DNA from: an uncultured archaeon
GTDB taxonomy: Archaea > Iainarchaeota > Iainarchaeia > Iainarchaeales > DTGL01
Assembly: GCA_964551725.1 (NCBI GenBank)
Contig: CAZKED010000022.1
Coordinates: 1 to 20,401 of the forward strand
Reading direction: 5' to 3'
DNA: 20,401 nt
Shown: one piece after another, positions 16,404 through 20,401 of the stretch
How positions within the stretch are numbered: the stretch's first letter is position 1
How the letters are laid out: every line of letters begins with the position of its first letter
Made by a program: the position numbers and the translations under genes
The notes under the pieces: model-generated
What the model was told of the DNA's origin: nothing
Databases searched by the model: none
Seen by the model: the letters and a program-made list of their open reading frames with translations, nothing else

Positions 16404-18827
16404 TCAGCATTCTTCCAAGGAATTGAAGGTTCCTGAACCCCATTCCGCATCAATTGCCAGCTGGGCATGCCTCGTGCTCAGGATTGAATCCTCGTTCCAG
16501 TAGAACTCACTGCCGTCAACAACGCAGACCTTCCCCTCTTTTACAAGGTCGAAAACGTCCTTTAGCGAGGAAATGGAGTACGCAGAGTTCTGGAGCTGCT
16601 TTTTCTCTTGTTCACTTAGCACGCTGCTTCCGACCGCAAAGAAAGCGCTGTCATCGCACACTCTCTCCAGTGAGTACTGCGGGTTCTCGGGCACGTAAAT
16701 AAGGCTGCCCAAAACAATCTTTCCCTTCCTTTTCACTGGATTGGACCACCAGAAACCATAGGCATTGATTTTGTCAGCGGCAACGCAAGTGCTTTCCCCT
16801 GAAAAAGAGAAGGATGAAGCTGCATCGTCGTATCCTATTGATTCCTGGTTAAACCCATGGCATGCAAGGTCCACTTCGGCATCGCTGGAAGCCCTTAAAA
16901 CGCTCCAGTTAAGGAAGTTTGTCGCATTTGCCGGAGAATAGGGAAAACCGCTTTCCTCCAAAATCCTGTAAAACGCGCCAAAGTTCTGCACGTGGTTTTC
17001 AATTCCTGCAAAAATTTCCACTGGCACTCTTTCCGAGAGCGCCACATCGCTTGTTGTAAGGGTCATTACCTTCGGGCTCGAACTCAAAATGCCTGTAACA
17101 TGAGTGCCTACTTCCTTGTCCCCTGCAACCGAGGGAATGGTTACTATTTCGTCGCCCTGCCTTGAAAAAACAAAGGGCGTCCCCACAATCTCGTCAGCCA
17201 CGACTCCATAGCCCTGCCTGTCGGGATTGCTTCCTGTAGTGCCTACAAAGCCGTCCAATGGCATTTCAAGCAAAGGCGAATCGGGTCCCGGCTCTGCGTG
17301 TTTCGTGTTATAGGAAAGGTTCACTATTATTTTCTGGTTTGGCTCGACTTGGTTGAAAAAGAAATTGTCAGGGGTTTCCCCTTCTTCGTAGCCCTGGAAC
17401 GATATTACCACGTCGTAAGGTCCTGGCTTGGATATGTCCCCGCGGAATTCTATGCTTTCGTTTGCTTTTCCGCTTCCGTCAACAAAGTAACGGTTCCAGT
17501 GATCAGTGTGATAAAACCAGTCGGGAGTATTTCCAAAAAACTCGTTCACGTAATAGTCCACGAAATCCTCCTTGAAATCATCACTGAAAGAATCCTTTGT
17601 AAGGTATGACCTGAACTGTAGGAGGTTCCGGGGAACCGCTCCCCCTCCCTCAATGTATCTTTCAATTGTTTCAAGTTTTTTGAAAAGCGAAATGGAAAAC
17701 TGCGTTGCATCACAGTAACGCTCCCCTCCCGGCACGTTTTCTGCATCGCTTGTTCCAGAGTGGCAGCCCGCTTGGTCGCATTCGTATGTTCCTATATCTT
17801 CCCAGTCCCAGGAAAAAAGCATGTGAGGTATTGCGCCGCCCAATGTCTCGCCTTTCAGTCCCTGCACTTCGCATTCCTGCACCTCTGTCGGCCTTTTCTC
17901 GTATTCCACCGGCTCTTCCTCCAAGCCCGAGGAAACATTTACGTGAAGGTAGAATGTTGGAGACTCAACAAGGTGCCAGGGGCAGGTTTCCCCGGACTGC
18001 CAAGAGCAAAATGGGTTTTCACTGTACCTGATCCAGAACTTGAAGGGGTAGGTTTTGCTTGAAGTGTGGTAACCGATATTGGGAACATGGAATTCTATTT
18101 TTATTGTGTTAGGCGCTTCCTCTTCCGTCGGGTCCAAATAATACATGTCGCAAAGGTTCGGCGCTTTTCTTTCAAGCACGCCGAAAGAAACCTGGCCTAT
18201 GTTTCCTTCCTCCTCTTGAACGTAATTCATGTAATTATGGCTGGTTGGAACCATTACAAGCCGTCCCGTGTTGTTTGTGAAGGTTATTGAAAACTCTGCC
18301 TCGTAATCGCCCGGCTTTAAATCCGCGAACTGCTCTGGGAGGGTTACTGTCTGTTCCAGGGGTTCAATTTTGATGGTGAAACCGTGCGGTCCGGTGCAGT
18401 CCTCCGGGCAGGTGACAGAATTCTCACCCGGCTCGCAGTAGCCGTTGCCGCATTCCGCTCCCACGCTGGCTTCCACGGTGAAATTTACTGCTTTAGTGCA
18501 TGTTTTGTCCTGATATGTGCCTATAACCGTGCAATTGTATTGCCCGGGCATTAAATTGAAGGTGTGCGACCTCGTGCCTGTTTCAGTGGCAGTGTGCTCA
18601 GTGCCATCCCCTGCAGTGCACGTGAAATTGAGCGTTACATCGCCGAGAATGGAATTGTCAATGCCTATAACGCTCAGCGTTACATCGCCTCCCTGATAGG
18701 TTATTTCGCCAGAATCGACCCTGACGGAAAATTCGCTGCAATCAAATTCGTCACAACCGCTCAAAGAAACAAACAGAAACGCGGCCAAAGCAAAAGCAAA
18801 AAACGGGAAAATTTTTTTACCATTCAT
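16404..18827 (-). CDS. Putative surface lipoprotein, paralog B (807 aa) with conserved 'LFSWDW' C-terminal domain
   Basis: Signal peptide ending in lipobox LSGC (Cys25); beta-rich domains, a CGNGYCEPGENSVTCPEDC module and the shared C-terminal domain; GGAGG SD upstream. Confidence 0.82.
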   Translation of the reverse strand: MNGKKIFPFFAFALAAFLFVSLSGCDEFDCSEFSVRVDSGEITYQGGDVTLSVIGIDNSILGDVTLNFTCTAGDGTEHTATETGTRSHTFNLMPGQYNCTVIGTYQDKTCTKAVNFTVEASVGAECGNGYCEPGENSVTCPEDCTGPHGFTIKIEPLEQTVTLPEQFADLKPGDYEAEFSITFTNNTGRLVMVPTSHNYMNYVQEEEGNIGQVSFGVLERKAPNLCDMYYLDPTEEEAPNTIKIEFHVPNIGYHTSSKTYPFKFWIRYSENPFCSWQSGETCPWHLVESPTFYLHVNVSSGLEEEPVEYEKRPTEVQECEVQGLKGETLGGAIPHMLFSWDWEDIGTYECDQAGCHSGTSDAENVPGGERYCDATQFSISLFKKLETIERYIEGGGAVPRNLLQFRSYLTKDSFSDDFKEDFVDYYVNEFFGNTPDWFYHTDHWNRYFVDGSGKANESIEFRGDISKPGPYDVVISFQGYEEGETPDNFFFNQVEPNQKIIVNLSYNTKHAEPGPDSPLLEMPLDGFVGTTGSNPDRQGYGVVADEIVGTPFVFSRQGDEIVTIPSVAGDKEVGTHVTGILSSSPKVMTLTTSDVALSERVPVEIFAGIENHVQNFGAFYRILEESGFPYSPANATNFLNWSVLRASSDAEVDLACHGFNQESIGYDDAASSFSFSGESTCVAADKINAYGFWWSNPVKRKGKIVLGSLIYVPENPQYSLERVCDDSAFFAVGSSVLSEQEKKQLQNSAYSISSLKDVFDLVKEGKVCVVDGSEFYWNEDSILSTRHAQLAIDAEWGSGTFNSLEEC
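17460..17597. repeat. Direct repeat copy 2 (inside paralog B) of 15049-15186
   Basis: Same alignment, offset 2411 bp. Further perfect blocks: 17668-17715 = 15257-15304 (48 bp) and 17802-17831 = 15352-15381 (30 bp). Confidence 0.9.
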
Positions 18828-18871
18828 CGCAAAACCTCCAATTCATTTTTAACCGGACAAAGTAAACATCG

Positions 18872-18890
18872 TATTTATAGTTATTTATTG
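18872..18890 (-). promoter_or_regulatory. Putative TATA box for paralog B
   Basis: Minus strand reads ...AATAAATAACTATAAATA...; TATAAATA lies about 45 bp upstream of the ATG at 18827. Confidence 0.4.
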
Positions 18891-18940
18891 TGCAAAATTG
18901 TTTTTAATTCTTTTCAACATCCAAAAACCCACTTTTTGCA

Positions 18941-20401
18941 CTATTCCTCCTCACAATCGTAATTTTCCATGTTAAGGTTCCAGGCAACCTCGACAGCGTT
19001 CTCCGCATTCCTTGTTGAATCCTGCAAGCGCTGCTCGTTCCAGAAAAAAGTGTAAACATCATTCTCCAGGTCAGAGTGCACGCACACATCACTCGAACCA
19101 ATCAATTCCACTATGTCGCGGAGGGAGCCAACAGTCTGCAGTGTCCCGCTCAAAGAAACTGCCTCGCTTGGTTCGGTGCTTGCCTCTCCGTTATTGCTGG
19201 CAAAAATGGAAAACCCGTCACTGCAGGCATTCCTCAGGAGATAGCTTTGCCCGAGAGGCAGGTAGAAAACCGATTTCTGGAACAGGTATTGACCGTTTGC
19301 TATATCGACCCACCTGAACCCGAATGAAACGCTTTTCTGGTCTTCGGGAACGCAGGATTCAGCGAAAACGTCCGCCCTAGAATCCTGCCTGTTATCAAAA
19401 AGCGAGTTGCCGTAAAAGTCTTCGCACTCCGCCGAGGAACCGCAGCCGTTCCAGAAAGTCATATATTCCTTGTCAGAGCCCACCGGATCCTGACCTTCCA
19501 TAACATAGTAGAATGCCTCTCCTATTGTGTCGTGGCTTTCAATGCCCTGCACTATGGGAACAGGCATGCTCGGAGAGAACAGCAGTTCCCTGTCCTGCAT
19601 TTTGATCGAAAGAAGCTGCCCTCTCTTCACTAAATTGAGGTAATCAAAGCCCTCCTCCTTGCCAGCAGAATACTCTGTCGCACCGTCAATCGCTCCCCCG
19701 TCATTGTCAACCGTTCTTATAAGGTCAGCGCCGGCAAAGCTTATTGTTATGGGCTCGTTCTGGTTATCGTAGCCCAGGCCGTAATCCGCCCTGTTCTTGC
19801 CTCCTTCCTCTCTCAGCGTGCCAACCAAGCCGTTGAAAGGCAAGTGATAGAAAGGAGAATCAGGCACCTCAACTCCTGCACCGTGCAGTTTTTCAAATTT
19901 AACCGTTACAACTGCTGCCGGCTCCCCGGACTCAAAGAAAATCCAGTCCTCCACCTCAAAGGAAAAACTCAAATCAATCTGGTACAGGCCGGAGTCAGGC
20001 AAATCGCCGCCTTCAAACTGGAGTTTTGCCGGGTTTTCAAAATACTTGTGCCAAGGCGTTGCCGCAGAGGAAAACCACTCAGGAACCTCGAAAAAACTGT
20101 GGGTGTAATAGTACGCGAAGTCTTTGCAAAAATCCTCGGAAAAATTATCCTTTATGAGGAAAGCCTGGAAAGAGGCGGGGGAATCGCTTTCCCCAGACTC
20201 GTAAAGCTCGTTCAGTTTGCGCGCCAGTTCAATGGAAAACTGAACAGGATCACAATAAAAAAACTCATCATCAAACACGCTTTCCTTATCACAGGCATTC
20301 AATCCAACATCAAACCAATCCCAAGAAAACAAAACACGCGGCTTGGAACGCAAACCAGTCCTGCCCAGCAACCCATCAAAACCAACACAAAAATTCTGGT
20401 C
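18941..20401 (-). CDS. Paralog C of the 'LFSWDW' family, 5'-truncated (only the C-terminal domain is in the window)
   Basis: Frame is open to the window edge (DQNFCVGFDGLLGRTG...). Contains PRVLFSWDW, YCDPVQFSIELARKL, KDNFSEDFCKDF, DSPFYHLPFNGLVGT, SFGFRW and FFWNE. Confidence 0.82.
   Translation of the reverse strand, partial: DQNFCVGFDGLLGRTGLRSKPRVLFSWDWFDVGLNACDKESVFDDEFFYCDPVQFSIELARKLNELYESGESDSPASFQAFLIKDNFSEDFCKDFAYYYTHSFFEVPEWFSSAATPWHKYFENPAKLQFEGGDLPDSGLYQIDLSFSFEVEDWIFFESGEPAAVVTVKFEKLHGAGVEVPDSPFYHLPFNGLVGTLREEGGKNRADYGLGYDNQNEPITISFAGADLIRTVDNDGGAIDGATEYSAGKEEGFDYLNLVKRGQLLSIKMQDRELLFSPSMPVPIVQGIESHDTIGEAFYYVMEGQDPVGSDKEYMTFWNGCGSSAECEDFYGNSLFDNRQDSRADVFAESCVPEDQKSVSFGFRWVDIANGQYLFQKSVFYLPLGQSYLLRNACSDGFSIFASNNGEASTEPSEAVSLSGTLQTVGSLRDIVELIGSSDVCVHSDLENDVYTFFWNEQRLQDSTRNAENAVEVAWNLNMENYDCEEE

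Noticed and set aside
15049-17597. Near-identical repeat pair as TR/VR of a diversity-generating retroelement
   Set aside because: Coding-strand mismatches (TCCACGGGG vs CACACTGAT) are not adenine-specific, both copies lie mid-gene in intact ORFs, and no reverse transcriptase is in the window.
18631-18689. 14-bp direct repeat AGCGTTACATCGCC (18631-18644, 18676-18689)
   Set aside because: Only two copies, inside paralog B, each encoding GDVTL; a small intragenic duplication, not a CRISPR array or regulatory repeat.
18922-18938. CAAAAA-CCCAC-TTTTTG hairpin after paralog C as a terminator
   Set aside because: Stem is short and nearly all A/T; not distinguishable from chance in an AT-rich spacer.
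49-19327. Numerous short antisense or alternate-frame ORFs in the ORF track (e.g. 3246-3773, 5188-5766, 7136-7690, 8960-9463, 12788-13336)
   Set aside because: They overlap well-supported genes, lack recognisable motifs and look like shadow ORFs of purine-rich coding strands.
14035-20401. Array proteins as substrates of the nearby archaeosortase
   Set aside because: They end in LEEC, LEEC and YDCEEE with no C-terminal motif-TM-basic tail sorting signal.

Overview
Gene-dense archaeal chromosomal window. PolD, Cdc6/Orc1, CarS and an archaeosortase indicate Archaea; a DPANN lineage such as Iainarchaeota/Diapherotrites is my unverified impression. Left (1-5100): a membrane, secretion and lipid cluster with DUF92 protein, SppA, CDP-archaeol synthase translationally coupled to an archaeosortase-family protein, and secF-secD. 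Middle (5200-14030): NOG1-type GTPase, UPF0147, DNA polymerase D small and large subunits, an unknown C-terminally anchored protein behind sepF, and a divergent cdc6/orc1. The sepF-cdc6 spacer is a tentative origin or regulatory region. Right (14035-20401): a tandem array of at least three paralogous Cys-rich, probably extracellular proteins sharing a ~460-490 aa C-terminal domain that I cannot assign to a known family (LFSWDW...CD...CDxxQFSI...KDxFSxDFxxDF...GFxW...FxWNE). The two complete copies have different N-terminal anchors and share patches of perfect nucleotide identity. This array is the most novel-looking element. Also notable are two substitutions in canonical metal-ligand motifs of the PolD proofreading subunit. 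No rRNA, tRNA, CRISPR array or mobile element was recognised.
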